This document shows, piece by piece, positions 27,301 through 41,164 of a stretch of 64,000 nt of DNA. Under the pieces are notes generated by a model that made no database searches, was not told the origin of the DNA, and worked only from the letters and a program-made list of their open reading frames with translations. Positions within the stretch are counted from its first letter, which is position 1, and every line of letters starts with the position of its first letter. Position numbers and translations under genes: made by a program. The stretch comes from the human T2T-CHM13v2.0 reference genome, Homo sapiens. The stretch lies in assembly GCF_009914755.1 (NCBI RefSeq), contig NC_060926.1. One strand, written 5' to 3'.

Positions 27301-28248
27301 TGAGGCCTTGAAATGGAAACTGCACATCGTGCCTGGAAAGTCCCTCCAGGCTAGTGTTCAAGAAGTCTTTCTTTCACACTTCAGTTTCTTCATTGCATTA
27401 TATTTACTGACTGCCTACCCTATGTTAGACCCTGTGTTAGGTCCTGCAGTCCTGTTCACAAGGATATTATAGTCTTGAGGGGAAGGCAGACATTCATTAA
27501 AGACTCACCTCAGTGTTGACGGGCAGACTGCAATAAAAAAGTATGCGGCACTGTGAATGTGTAACAGGTGTGGGCGGTGGTCAGGGAAGGCTGAGACTGG
27601 TTAACTGGGCAGAGGCAAAGGGTTGCAGGCAACTCGCCTGAGGTGGAGAGGCAAGGCTGGTGACAGGGGCAGGGAGGCCGTGGACAGCCGATATCACAAA
27701 AGGCGGTGCTGAAAGATGCAAGGGGACTGAGGACTTCTTTTTAGCTGAGCAAACAGTGCACATTTCTTCCACTCAGACTTTTCCTTTTCTAATTAAAAAA
27801 ATGGGGACATCCACATCTTGATAACACAGTTAATGTGTGAATATAATAACTGCTTAATAAATCCTTGTTGAAATAGGAATGCTGATTAAGGCACTTAGGC
27901 CAGCAGCTGAAGGAGGCTTAATATATTCAGAGATGATTCCTAGGTATCTAGAAAAGGATATTTTAAGCTAAGAGAAAAGAGGGACAGTTCACCAGTTTCT
28001 TCCCTTCTAGGGAAACAACATAAAAGGACTGGAGTTGTTAAAAGACAGGGTGAGAAGTCTGTTGACATAAAACATGAGAAAATGAAGTTTGTGATGTTTT
28101 GATGCAGAAGTAAGTTATCATTATTGTTGAGTGATAATGGCATTAATTTTCTGAAGATGGGCAGCTCCTTTCATCCCATTTAATGTGTATGTGTGTGGGC
28201 ATGTGTGCTTGCATACCTAAGGCTAAATTAATTTTTGGTACAATAGGG

Positions 28249-28352
28249 TAGGGTTGCTAGATTTGGTAAATGGAAATACAAGGCATCAAGATAAATTTGA
28301 ATTTCAGGTAAAGAAAGTATAACTTTTGGAGTATATATATATGTCCCAAATG
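28249..28352 (+). mobile_element. MER53 fragment
   Basis: tagggttgctagatttggtaaatggaaatacaagg...aaatttgaatttcag...tatgtcccaaat. Confidence 0.65.
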
Positions 28353-30093
28353 CCCTACCAGAGGGGAATTTTCCTCTTAAGAACTCTGGAGGCGTGTTGC
28401 CTCATTTCCCCCATGTTTTTAGTCATTGCATGTATAATGTTTATATTTATGTTTATTCGCAGTTTATTTTTGCCACATATATTTTTAGAATCTAAATTTT
28501 CCCAATAGTCTGGAACCTTTGGTGGGTGTACATAATGTGATGAAGGATTCTCTTCCTGGAGAGGCTGCTGATATATAGCCAAGATGCTGTCTTTGTGCTC
28601 TGGGCTTCTGTCTCTGTAGTGTTAATATTTCAAGAATGAGACTACAGCATTTTTCTTACTTTAGTGCCCTTTGGAGCAACAGAAAGCTGCCTTTGCTGCA
28701 AAGGACCCTGTGGAATGATTGTTGATCTGCCTTCTAGAAACTGAGCTGTGCCCAAAACCTTTTACCAGTTTCTAAAGGCACCTGCTTTCATTTTCCTAGG
28801 AAGGTTCTTTAGGTGAGCGATAGTCACCCCTATATCTCTGCAATACCAAGTGAGCAGCTTGTTGTGTGTAGATACCATGAAATAGAAACAGATTCATGAA
28901 GATAAGATTAGAAGGTAATCTTTAGATTACAGAAACAGATTCATGAAAATAAGGATTAGAAGTTGTGAATGAAAACAACTGTTGCTTTGGATGGCTGGAT
29001 TTAAAAATGTTCCTCAATATTGATGATGTGGTATTTTAATTAAAAAATAGGATCAGATCATGACACATAGAAGAAGCTATAATATGCACAATGATCTGCT
29101 TTTCCAGGAAATGAGTATCTTTGGGGATCAGCATTGAGCTCACTACACATGATAAAAAATAAAACTCATTGGAAATCTAGAAATTGGCAACTAAAAATTG
29201 AGTCAAAATGTGTTTTAACCACCCCACCCCCCTCTTGTTTGTTTTTATTCACTTCTGATAACCTACTGGCTGTTTAGTTATATTTTATGGTTGTTTTGGC
29301 TATCACAAACTCATACAGAATAGCTGGAATTATCAGTCTCAACAGGGACCATGAAGACATATGTGTGTAATTCAGTACATATATTAAAAAATAGCTAATT
29401 TACAATATTACAGGCACAAGGGAGCCCACTGATGTGAAGTTTCAGTGAAACAGTGTAAAGAAATGATGTTAGTTAAATATCACTATTTCTCAAAGTAAAG
29501 GATGTCATTGTATTAGTAGAATGTTAACCCTCTCTTTTATGGGTCAGTTACATCAACTTCATCATAAACCCTCTTCAAAAAACATGCATTTTAGGACTTG
29601 GATATAGTCAGGTCTGTGTTTCATTAAGCATTTGTTCAGATTCCAGCTCTCTTGCTCCACAACCATTGATATTTCTCAATTTATCTATAATTTACACCCT
29701 GACTGTCTCCATAAAAGATATAATGTTTATAAGGAAAGATATATGCAATTAGATAATAATTTGAATGCTTTTACAGGGAGAGGGAAATAAATATGCCACC
29801 CAAACCTAGGCTAATACATTCATTGAAAGCGAGTACTAATAATTATTTCTAAGCCTCCCAGCAGCCAAGGCAAAAAGGGACTCCAGTAACATAACATGAT
29901 CATTATTTCATTGTTTACTTTTACTACTCCCTATTCCACGTTGAGATTGTTAGAGATATGTTAGTGATCACCTCAAGTCTTATTACCTCCAGAAATGTAA
30001 AGTTTGACTTAAAATCACAATGAACTCTTCCAATTTTTTTCATACTATATTGCATGTGCTTAAGTAATTCTTTGGGCTTGGTTTTAGATTTTT

Positions 30094-33000
30094 AAAAATT
30101 ATGGTAAAAAGCACATAACATTAAATTTACCATCTCAACCATTTTTAAGTGTAGGGTTCAGTAGTGTTAAATATACTCACATTGTTGTGCAGCAGATTGC
30201 TACAACTTTTTCGTCTTGTTACACTGAAACTCTCTACTCATGAAACAACTCCCCATTTCTCCTTCTCCTCAGACCCTGGAAATTACCATTCTACTTTCTG
30301 TTTCTATGAATTTGACCACTTTAGATACTTCATATGAATGGAATCATACAGTGTTTGTCATTTTGTGACTATTTCACTTAACTTAATGTCCTCGAGTTTC
30401 ATTCTTATTGTAGCATGTGACAAGATTTTCTTTTTTTTTTTAAGGCTGCATAATATCCCATTGTATATATTTACATTTTCCTTACTTATTCATCTGTTGA
30501 TGGACATTTGGACTGCTTCTATCTCTTGGCTATTGAGAATAATGCCACAAGGAATGGGTGTCCAAGTATCTCTTCAAGATCCTTTTCTGAATTCTTTTGG
30601 ATATATACCCACAAATGGGATTGTTGGATCATATAGTAATTCTATTTTGAATTTTTGGAGGAACCTCCATGCTATTTTCTGTAATGGCTGCATCATTTTA
30701 CATTCCCACCAATAATACACAAGGGTTCCATCTTCTCTACATCTTCACCAATGCTTGGTATTTTACGCTCTTTTGATGGTGACCATCCTGATGAGTATGA
30801 GGTGATATTTCATTGTGGTTTTTATTTGCACTCTTCTAATGATTAGTAATGTTATCATCTTTTCAAGTGCTTATGGGCCATTTGTATATCTTCTTTGGAG
30901 AAATGTCAGTTTAAGTTCTTTGCCTATTTTAGAATCAATTTTTTTGGTGTTGTTAAAGTTTCTTATATATTTTGGATATTAACCCCTTTTCAGATATATT
31001 ATTTGCAATTATTTTCTCCCATTTTATAGGTTGCAATTTCACTCTGTTGATTGTTTCCTTTGACATGAAAAAGTTTTTGTGTCATTCCATTTGTTTATTT
31101 TTGATTTCGTTGTCTGTGCTTTTGGTGTCATATTTAAGAAATCATTGCTAAATTCAAAGTCCTGAGGCTTTACCCCTATGTTTCTTTCTAGGAGTTTAAC
31201 AGTTTTAAGTCTAATTTTTAGGTCTTTAATTCATTTTGAGTTAATTTTTATGTATGGTACAAGGCAAGGGCCCAAATTCACTCTTTTTGCATTTGAATAT
31301 CCTATTTTTCCAACACTACTTGTTGAAGAGGCTGTCTTTTCTCTGTTGTGTGGTCTTGGCACTCTTGCTGAAAATCATTTGGTCATATATGCAGTGGTTT
31401 ATTTCTGGGCTCTCTATTTTACTCCGTTGGTTTATGTATCTTACTTTAGGCCATACCACACTGTCTTAATTACTGTTGCTTTGCAGTAGGTTTTGAAATC
31501 AAGAAGTGTGATGCCTCTGACTTTGTTCTTTTTCAAGATTGTTTTGGCTCTTTTGGGCCCCTTAAGATCCTGTAGAATTTTATAATTATTTTTCTGTTTA
31601 TGCAAAAAGTGTCATTGGAATTTTTATAGAGTTTGCATTGTATCTGTAGGTTGCTTTGGGTATTATGGACAACTTTACAATATTAAGTCTTTCAACCCAT
31701 GAGCATGGGATGTCTTTCCATTTACTTGTATCTTCTTTGATTTCTTTTTGCAATGTTTTGTAGTTCTCAGTGTATAAGTCTTTTATCTCCTGGGTTAAGT
31801 TTTTTCCTAAGTATTTAATCCTTCTTGAGGCTATTGTTAACAGAATTATTTTCTTAATTTTCTTTCCAGATTGGTCTTGTTAATGTATAGAAAATGCAAC
31901 TGATTTTTGATCATCGATTTTGAATCCTGCAAACTTTTCTAAATTCATTTATTAGTTCTAACATTTTTGTGTGTGTGACTTAAAAGACCATGTCATTTGT
32001 GAGCAGAGACAATTTAGGTTCTTCTTTTCCAAATTTTAGGCTTTTTATTTCTTTTTCTTGTCTAATTGCTCTGGTAAGAACTTGTAGCAATGTATCGAAT
32101 AGTCGTGGCAAGAGTGGGCATCTTTGCCTTGTTCCTGATCTTAGAGTAAAAGCTTTTAGTCTTTTCTCATTGAATATGATGTTAGCTGTGGGCATTTCAT
32201 ATATGGCTTTTATTATGTTGAGGTAGTTTCCTTCTATTCCTAGTTTGTTGAGTGTATTTATCATGAAAGCATGTTGAATTTTATCAAATGTCTTTTCTGC
32301 ATTGATTGAGATGATCATTTGGTTTTTGTCCATTTTCTTAATTTGGTTATTACATTGGTTAATTTTTATATTTTGAACTATTCTTTCATTTCATTTATAA
32401 ATCCCTCTTGATCATGGTGTGATCAACGTGTGCTTGAATTTGGTTTGCTATTATTTTGTTTAGGGTTTTTGCATCAGTATTCATCAGACATATTGGTCTA
32501 CAGTTTTTTTTGTGTGTCTTTTTCTGGTTTTGGTATTAGGATAATGCTAGCCTCATAGAATGAGTTTGGAATTGTTCTCTCTTAATTTTTTTGGCAGAAT
32601 TTGAGGAGGATTGGTAATCATTATTCATTAAATATTTGATACAATTATTCAGAGAAGCCACATGGTCCTGGGATTTTCTCTTTTGGAAGGTTATTTTTTT
32701 TTTTTATTACTGCTTCAATCTCCTCACTAGTTATAGATCTGTTTCCGTCTTGATAGGTTGTATGTTTCTAGGAATTTGTCTTTTTTTAGATTATCCAATT
32801 TGTTGGCATATAATTGCTCATAGTAGTATATTTTTTATTGCTGTGACATCAGTGGTAATATCTCTTTTTTCTTTTCTAATTTTAGCCATAGAGTCTTCTC
32901 TCTTTTTTCTTTGTTAGTCTAGCTAAGGATTTGTCAATTTTGTTGTTTTTTTGGGAAAACCATCCCTTGGAGTCACTGATTGTTTCTATTCTTTATTTGA

Positions 33001-35188
33001 TTTATCTCTACTCTAATTTTTATGGTTTCCTTTGCTCTGCTAACTTTGAATTTAGTTTGTTTTTCTTTTTCTAGTTACTGAAGGTATAAATTTAGGTTGT
33101 TGATTTTAGATCTTTTTTCTTTTTTAATGTAGATGTTTACTGCTATGCACTTCCCTTTTACTACTGCTTTCACTGCATTCCATAAGTTTTGTATGTTGTG
33201 TTTTTCTTTTCACTTGTCTCCAGATATTTTCTAAATTATCTTGTGATTTCTTCTTAGACTCATTAGTTGTTTATGAGTGCATTGTTTAATTTCCACATAT
33301 TACTGGATTTTCCTATTTTCTTTCTGCTATTGATTTTTAGTTTTATTTTATTTTGATTGGAGAAGGTATTTTATATGATTTCAATCTTCTTAAATTTGTT
33401 AAGATTTATTTTGTGGCCTAACATGTGGTCTATTTTGGGAATGTTCCATGTGCTCTTGAGAATAATGTGTGTTCTGCTGTTGTTGGATGTTGTATATATA
33501 TATCTGTAGACCCAGTTGGTCTGTTGTGTTGTTCAGGTCCTCTTGTTTCCTTATTGATCTTCTCTCTGATTCTGTTGATAACTGAGAGTGGGGTATTGAA
33601 GTCTTCTACTATTATCATATTGGTGTCTATTTCTCTCTCCAGGTCTGTCAATTTTGCTTCATTTATTTAGGTGCTGTAATGTTAAGTACATATCTGTTTC
33701 TTTACTGTTATATCTTCCTGGTGAATTGACCCTTTTATCATTATACAGTATTCTTCGTTGTCTCTTGTGACAATTTTTGTCCTAATGTCTACTTTGTTTG
33801 ATACAACTCTGGTCACTTCTCCTCTCTGTAGGTTCCTGTTTACATAGAATATCTTTTTTTAACCCTTTTACTGTAGCCTATGTGTGTCTGTAAGGCAGGT
33901 TCACTGATTACCAATCAGTAATTCTAATTTCTATCAATTGTATGAGACAGAAGAACACTCAAACAAGTTAAGTGAAGCAACTTTATAGGCACAGTTAGGC
34001 AGCAAGGGACAACAAAAGCCTAGGATTCATAGTTCCCCAAAGCTCAGAGTGAATGGAATCTTTCTGTGTGTTACCTACTTTGCAGTGCAGGTGAAGAACT
34101 TTGAAAGCAGTCTACTCTGGATTGTATACCCAGGGGCAATGGGGATTGCTGGGCTAAAGTGCTGCAGGGCATCCTATTCTTGGAGGGACAGGAACAGAGC
34201 CCAAGCTGTTTCAGATACTTTCTCCTTATCTCAAGATGCTGCACTCCTAATATATCCTACAGTTATTTTTGAGAACTACAATTGAGAAAGTGGGGAAGAG
34301 TGCAGTCAGTCAAGGCCATCTTGGAATTCGTTCTGCACTGTCTCTAGTGCTAAATTGAGTCTCTTATAGACACAACATATGGTTGGATCTTATTTTTTTA
34401 AGTCATTCGGCCAATATGTGTCTTTTAATTGGTGCATTTAAGCTATTTACATTTAAGGTAATTACTGATAAGGAAGGACTTACTATTGCTATTTTATTGT
34501 TTTCTTATTGTTTTTGTCCCTCATTTCTTCTCTTGTTGTCTTCGTGTTTCATTTTTTTTTGTAGTGACATGTTTTGATTCTCCTCTCATTTTCCTTTGTG
34601 TGTAGCTGTGTGTATATGTGTATATATAAAAATTTATATATATTACATATATATAAACCTTAACGAGTTTGAGTAAGAAGCAGTTCATGAATTGGGAAAC
34701 ACCAAACTGAAAGAGGTTTAGTGTTCTGATGACAAAGCATACCTTACATATATTCTATAGATAGTTTATTTGTGGTTATCATTGCAATGAGATAAAACAT
34801 CTTAAAATTATGACACTGTATTTTAAACTGATAACAACTTAACTACAATCATGTAGAAAACCTTTTACATCTCTGCCCCCTCCCAGTTTATGTTATTGAT
34901 GACACAATTATCTGCCGTCATATTTCATATCCATGAACATAGATTTATCATTACTTTTTATGCTTTATTAAATAGATTTTAAAAATCTATACCAGATTTA
35001 TAAGTGTTAATTTTTCTAGCAGGCTTTGATATGGTTGGCTTTGCACTTGCCTGGGGTGCAGGATCCTTTTAACTGGTTTCTAGATTTCTCTCAGGGGCAT
35101 TGGTCCATTGGTCATTTTTAAGTTCATATTTTTGTGGTTGAAGGGGAGTCCAGGGCTTCCTATTTTGCCATTTTAATGATATCACTCC
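30094..35188 (-). mobile_element. L1MB1/2-like element with both termini but a large internal deletion
   Basis: 3' UTR at 30094; RT remnant (track ORF 31980..32333) and endonuclease remnant (33430..33651, IIVEDFNTPLS); 5'-end motif cttcctattttgccatttt...atcactcc; flanks tggttttagatttt / tggttctaggtttt. Confidence 0.85.
33889..34337 (-). mobile_element. ERVL solo LTR (LTR53/MER54 group) nested in L1MB
   Basis: TG..CA ends, 5-bp TSD gtgtc/ctgtc; aggcagcaagggacaacaaaagcctaggattcat and cctacagttatttttgagaactacaa motifs. Confidence 0.75.
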
Positions 35189-36189
35189 TGGTTCTAGGTT
35201 TTATATATGGTGATATTGAAGATCAGTTTGTGATTGTAAGTGCTGAGACTAAATGAGACTGTTATCATCATCCTTTGATTGTGACCACTTTATTAGGACT
35301 ATCGCTTTTCCCTTAAGCCTTTTTGTTTCCCAGATGAATCCCATTAATTGACTTTTGGGGTTTACCTTTTGGGTAAATCTTCTTACTCCAAGACTCTGTG
35401 TCTATGTACCATGCTGATTAATATTATACTAGAAAGTGGTTTGCTGTTTTATTTGACTACAGCTTAACTAAAAATCTTTTGACTTTCCCTAGGAAAATCT
35501 GAGAAAGCGTATCATAGGTGGTCTGAATTTAAGGCAAATATGGGTGGCGATTAGACCAATTATAGACAAACATATAAGAAAGCTGTGAGAATGTGTGTGA
35601 GATGAATAATTATGAAACACCAATGAACCAGTGCAGCTGGGGATTTAAACATCTAAGTGGGCTTAATGTATCATTTTATATAGCTGAAGTAAATTAAAAC
35701 AATATTTTGTGTGAACATTAAACTTTTCTTCCTTTGGTATGAATACTCTGGGGATTTGGAATAAGCATGATTATTATAATTCACACCTCTTTTAAAATCT
35801 TAATGTTGTTTGTGGCTAGTTGAGCATGTGAGACTATAAAGTAGTGAACTCTGCGCTCTTTATGGCCACAGCTTTTGTTCCTAATTCTTCTTGGCCTGTT
35901 TCAACCTGTGTGTCATGACTCCCAAGCTGAACTAGGTAAAAGAATGTGAATGGATCATCATTTCTAGAAAAGCATCTCAGAACATAGTCCATTTAGATAA
36001 TTGGTTTAAAAAGTAGCCTTTTATTTCATAGAAAGCAGCACAGTCTAATACAAGGAACTGGTGTGCTACACATGAGGACATGCTCTGCCTTAATAATTCT
36101 CTGGCTGTCTTAGGTAGAAAAGTTTGGGGTTGAAAGAAAAGTGATGTCTGTTTCAAAGGAATGAAAATTCTTAGGGTGTAACAATAGCT

Positions 36190-36440
36190 TATTAGTGAAG
36201 AGCCTAACTTTGGCTCAAGCATCAGACTGCTTGAGTTCAAATACAAATTCCTCCATTTACCATCAATGTGAGCTTGGTCAAGTTATTCCTCCAATAGTCA
36301 GTTTCCTCATCTGTAAAGTGAGCACAATGGTAGGACCACAATTTAATTGATTCTGATTGGAATTAAATGTACTACTCTGTGTATAAAGAAGTAATTAGTC
36401 CAGTGCCTGGCACATGATAAGCTCTCAATAGGTATTAGAC
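36190..36440 (+). mobile_element. MIR SINE
   Basis: cagactgcttgagttcaaat...cagtttcctcatctgtaaagtg...cagtgcctggcacatgataagctctcaata. Confidence 0.75.
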
Positions 36441-38399
36441 CTTTTTTTTCTTGTTAATTTTGTTGTTGATGTTATCTTTATTATAACCATGTGGGAAGTT
36501 TTATGCTGAAAAATATATAATACTGAATTTTTTTAAATAGATAATATGCAACAGCATCTGTAATGACTGCATAAACAATTCTTGCATTTTCCTGAAGTGT
36601 TCATTTTAAATGATTGATTCATGGCTCAGTTCAAGTATACACACAGATTAGCCTTTGCAAATAATTCACTTAATACTAGCTACACCCTGTGGCAGTTGTT
36701 TTAAGGTTTTTGATCTCTAGGGGGTGTACAGAAGTGTTCTACTTGTGCAAATTGTTTTCCTTTTTATGTCATCAATTCTGAAAACGTAGGCTTATTACAG
36801 GAATTTTTCCCCCCAAATATTTTTGAGCCTCATGCAATTTTGTATAGCAGTAGCCAGTGAAGTTATCCATATTGCTTCCTCTGATATAGTCTCTGAGTCA
36901 ATTTGTTTTAATGTTTAAAAACTTATTGCCTACTTTTCCTTGACACTTACATGTTCGGCGTTTCAGTGGAAGATAAAATGAAGAAACTTGATTTCCACTC
37001 CACTAGAAACAGGCTATTTTCCTTCTATTTCATCAAATCTCAAAGCTTATAGAGATTATAACTGCATGTTGGTTATTTTACTGTTCTTGCCTATCTATCT
37101 ATCTATCTACAAATCTATCTTTCTATCTTGTTCATTTTAGGGATAATGAAGAAGCATTTAGTGGGACCCCACAAGCATAATAAAAAGTGTCACTGTAAGA
37201 TATATTTACAAGCATAAATATAAAAAGCAATATAGTACTTAGCAAAAAATATAACACATTCTCTCATAAGGCACATTTTTTCCACACTTTTATTTTGTTT
37301 TTACGATTTAAAGTAGTCACTTAAAAATCAGAAAGCAAAAGTTTTTTGACCTAGATTTAGTTGGTTTATAATAAGTCTTGTTGGTTATGGTGAGTAATCA
37401 GTTAATACCTGTTAAGCTAATAATGAGGTAAGAAATATATTGACTTTATTTCTTGGTGTGGAAATGACTTATTCATTCAACAGATACTTATTAAGTGGGC
37501 CAGGTACTACTTGTTAATACAAATGGTGAATAAAGTGGCTTACACTCTAATGAGAGAGACAGACAGCTCCGAGTTAACAAATGGATAAAAATATACTTAC
37601 ATATGTGATATGCGTAGTGTAAGATAACGAGGGTGGTCACGGTGGTGGTAACCTACTCCAAATACTGTACTCAGAGCATATGTGTGATAAATGAAGTTGT
37701 TGCAGTATGTTTAAAACACTGGAGCCAAAATTTTGAGTGCTCATTTGAAAACACTTTATGGTAAAACAGTGGTGCTTAGAATGATGCATTAAAAAATATA
37801 TATGACTATCTTGCTGAAGGTAAACTTTTTTTACAACTTACCTGACATGATCTTTCTAAATTACAATAGATTGTATATGTTGGAAAACATTTTTGTAAAA
37901 TGTACAATAAGTCTGACATGTGAGTGAAAAAAACCTTTTTTCTTAACTTTCAAAAGTGCTAAAATGCCCTGTGTAGTATCATGTAAAATAGTGACACTAA
38001 TGCCTCACTCAGTGGGGAGGTAGATGTGGCTGAGGAGGGACAGATGAATGGATCTAGTCAGTAGTAACACATTTGAAGTTCTGGCTGATCCACAGAGTCT
38101 TTTACTTCTAGGGTCAAGGTGGTAACAGCCAATTAATAGGAGAGCAGGTTGGAAGAAGAGTAAAAGATCTACATGCTCATGTTACTTGTCGTGCTCACAG
38201 AAAACAAACCAGTTTTGTGTGAGAAAATTGTTTCCCGTCAACTTGAAAACATTGAATTTGCTCACCCTGGAGCTTTCTTTGATGCTCCTCTCTTCAAGTC
38301 CCATGTGGCTGTCTTCCTTCTAAGAAAGCTATTTATAAACTGCAGTGCTCTACGCAACTGTAAGCACAGTGGCTGCAGTCTAGTGGAAATATTTTGGGG

Positions 38400-38590
38400 T
38401 CACAGGTAGTTCTGTATTCAAATCTCAGCTCTGGCTCTTTCTAGCTGGGAGACTTGAGCAAATTATTTAACTTCCTGATCTATAGCTTCCTCGACTCTAA
38501 AATGGGGGTAATAAAACTTTGTTTACAGGATTGTGTGAGGATTGAGACTGACACAGGTAAGGCGTCTTCTACCATGGCTGGCACTTAGTC
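38400..38590 (+). mobile_element. MIR SINE
   Basis: ttcaaatctcagctctgg...gacttgagcaaattatttaact...aaaatgggggtaataa. Confidence 0.7.
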
Positions 38591-41164
38591 TGTTTTGCTT
38601 ATTACTTAGGGCTCAACTTTGAACGAACTTGAGGTTACAAAGCTCAGTATCAGGTTATCCTCGGGTTGTTTCCTCTGTAATCCTCATTTCCCTCAGAGCA
38701 TGGTGAGAGTCTTGAAGACATGAAACATTTTATGCTTTTCTACCTTCCTTGTGCCTTGCAGAGTCCTCAGTATCCAGTCAGCACTTAATGCTTATACTGC
38801 CACTTCTGGACTGCCTTTCAACAAATTTCTCAAAGTTAAAGACCATGAAGGGCATGGAGACTGGTGCTTTTCATGCCGTGCTTCTGCAGATTTTGGTGGG
38901 CAGGCGGTAATAGGGGAATGAAGGTGGAGCCATATGAAATAAACTCTTAAAGGCATGATAGTGACCAGGAAAATAATATGTACCATATTGTGTGACAATC
39001 CCTATGCATTGCCAAAATTGCCCAGTGTATTTTTATTATGATTAAAACCACAATGACACATATGATGCCCATTTAACATGCTCCAAAAACACAACAGGAA
39101 TTCACCTTCACAAAGAACAATAGACATGGGGCCAAGACCTTGGATTCTGACCAGTTTTAAACACCTGCTTCCTCCTACACAGTCGAGAATTATCTTACAC
39201 GATTCAGCCTTAGAACTGGGGGCATGGTTTAAATTGTAATGTCTGAGGAGACTCAGGTTGGCTGAATAAGAAGGATGACAGTGCCTTTGTCCAGTTAAAT
39301 CTGCAGAGGTTGTCTTCCATCCTATGCAGCTGCCTACCATAAAAGAGGAATCTAGGAAAGATTTTCCATATAGCAGGCACTCAGTACTTATGTAAAGAAT
39401 GAAAGGACAAAAAAATTGTTCTCTTTGTATGTCTTAATGTAACCCTAAGAGTTCCAAGCCAATTGTTGACATTATTCTAACATAGCATAAAGATTTGGAC
39501 AGACCTGGGTAGCACATTGTAATGATATTTGGCTTGTTGATTTCTCAGCTCTAAGAGAATCTCTGCTTTTGCCAATAGGCACACATAAGAATGTTCTTAA
39601 TGCTTTAGTAATAACATAGTTATCCAAAATGTTAAACTTTATTCCGCAAAATTTTAACTCAAAAAATATTTTTCAGCAAGTTTACATGTATTCCCTGGGC
39701 AACACTGGTCAGGCATTCATTCAACAGTAGACATTTAAGTATATATTATATACTGTTCTTGATTGTGTGGGAATTTCAAAGATAAATGAGATTCTATCTT
39801 TGCCACTTAAGACTTACAATTATTGGCTCCCAGGCAAGATGGCTGAATAGGAACAGCTCTGGTCTGCAGCTCCCAGTGAGACCAACACAGAAGGCGGGTG
39901 ATTTTTGCATTTCCAACTGAAGCACCCGGTTCATCTCACTGGGATTGGTTAGACAGTGGGTGCAGCCCATGGAGGGCGAGCAGAAGCAGGGTGGGGCATT
40001 GCCTCACCCGGGAAGTGCAAGGGGTTGGGGAACTCCCTTCCTAGCCAAGGGAAGCCAAGAGGGACCCTGCCATGAGGGACAGTGCTATCAGGACCAGATA
40101 CTACGCTTTTCCCACAGTCTTCGCAACCTACAGACCAGGAGATTCCCTCAGGTGCCTACACCACAAAGGCCCTGGGTTTCAAGCACAAAACTGGGCGGCT
40201 GTTTGGGCAGACATCGAACTAGCTGCAGGAGTTTTATTTCATACCTCAGTGGCACCTGGAACACCAGCAAGACAGAACCGTTCACTCCCCTGGAATAGGG
40301 GCTGAAGCCAGGGAGCCAAGTGGTCTTGCTCAATGGATCCCACCCCATGGAACCCATCAAGCTGAGATCCACTGGCTTGAAATTCTTGCTGCCAGCACAG
40401 CAGTCTGAAATTGACCTGGGACACTCTAGCTTGGAAGGGGGAGGGACGTCTACCATTACTGAGGCTTGAGTAGGCAGTTTTCCCCTCACAGTGTAAACAA
40501 AGCCGCCTGGAAGTTCGGACTGTGTGGAGTCCACTGCAGTGCCACAAAGCCACTGTAGCCAGACTGCCTCTCTAGATTCCTCCTCTCTGGGCAGGGCATC
40601 TCTGAAAGAAAGGCAGCAGCCCCAGTCAGGGGATTATGGATAAAACTCCCATCTCCCTGGGACAGAGCACCTGCAGGAAGGGGCGGCTGTAGGCGCAGCT
40701 TCAGCAGACTTTAACGTTCCTGCCTAACGGCTCTAAAGAGAGCAACGGATCTCCCAGCACAGTGCTCGAGCTCTGCTAAGGGACAGACGGCCTCCTCAAA
40801 TGGGTCCCTGACCCTTGTGCCTTCTGACGGGGAAATATCTCCCAGCAGGGGTTGAGAGACACCTCATACAGGGGAGTTCCGGCTGGCATCTGGCAGGTGC
40901 CCCTCTGGGACGAAGCTTCCAGAGGAAGGAATACACAGCAATCTTTGCTGTTCTGCAGCCTCTGCTGGTGATACCCAGGCAAACGGGGTCTGGAGTGGAC
41001 CCCCAGCAAACTCCAGCAGACCTGCAGCAAAGGGGCCTGACTGTTAGAAGGAAAACTAATAAACAAAAAGCAGTAGCATCAACATCAACAAAAAGGACGA
41101 CCATGCAAAAACTTCATCCTAAGGTCACCAACAGCAAAGACCAAAGGTAGATAAATCCATGAAG

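Noticed and set aside
28884-28962. Repeat-spacer-repeat layouts (also 7257-7302) as CRISPR-like arrays
   Set aside because: Only two units, eukaryotic context and no cas genes; explained by local duplication
36714-36728. Partial CTCF-like motif ctctagggggtgt
   Set aside because: Incomplete match; cannot be supported from sequence alone
39945-41150. Several 100+ aa ORFs on both strands
   Set aside because: All lie in the GC-rich L1PA7 5' UTR; no evidence of independent coding function
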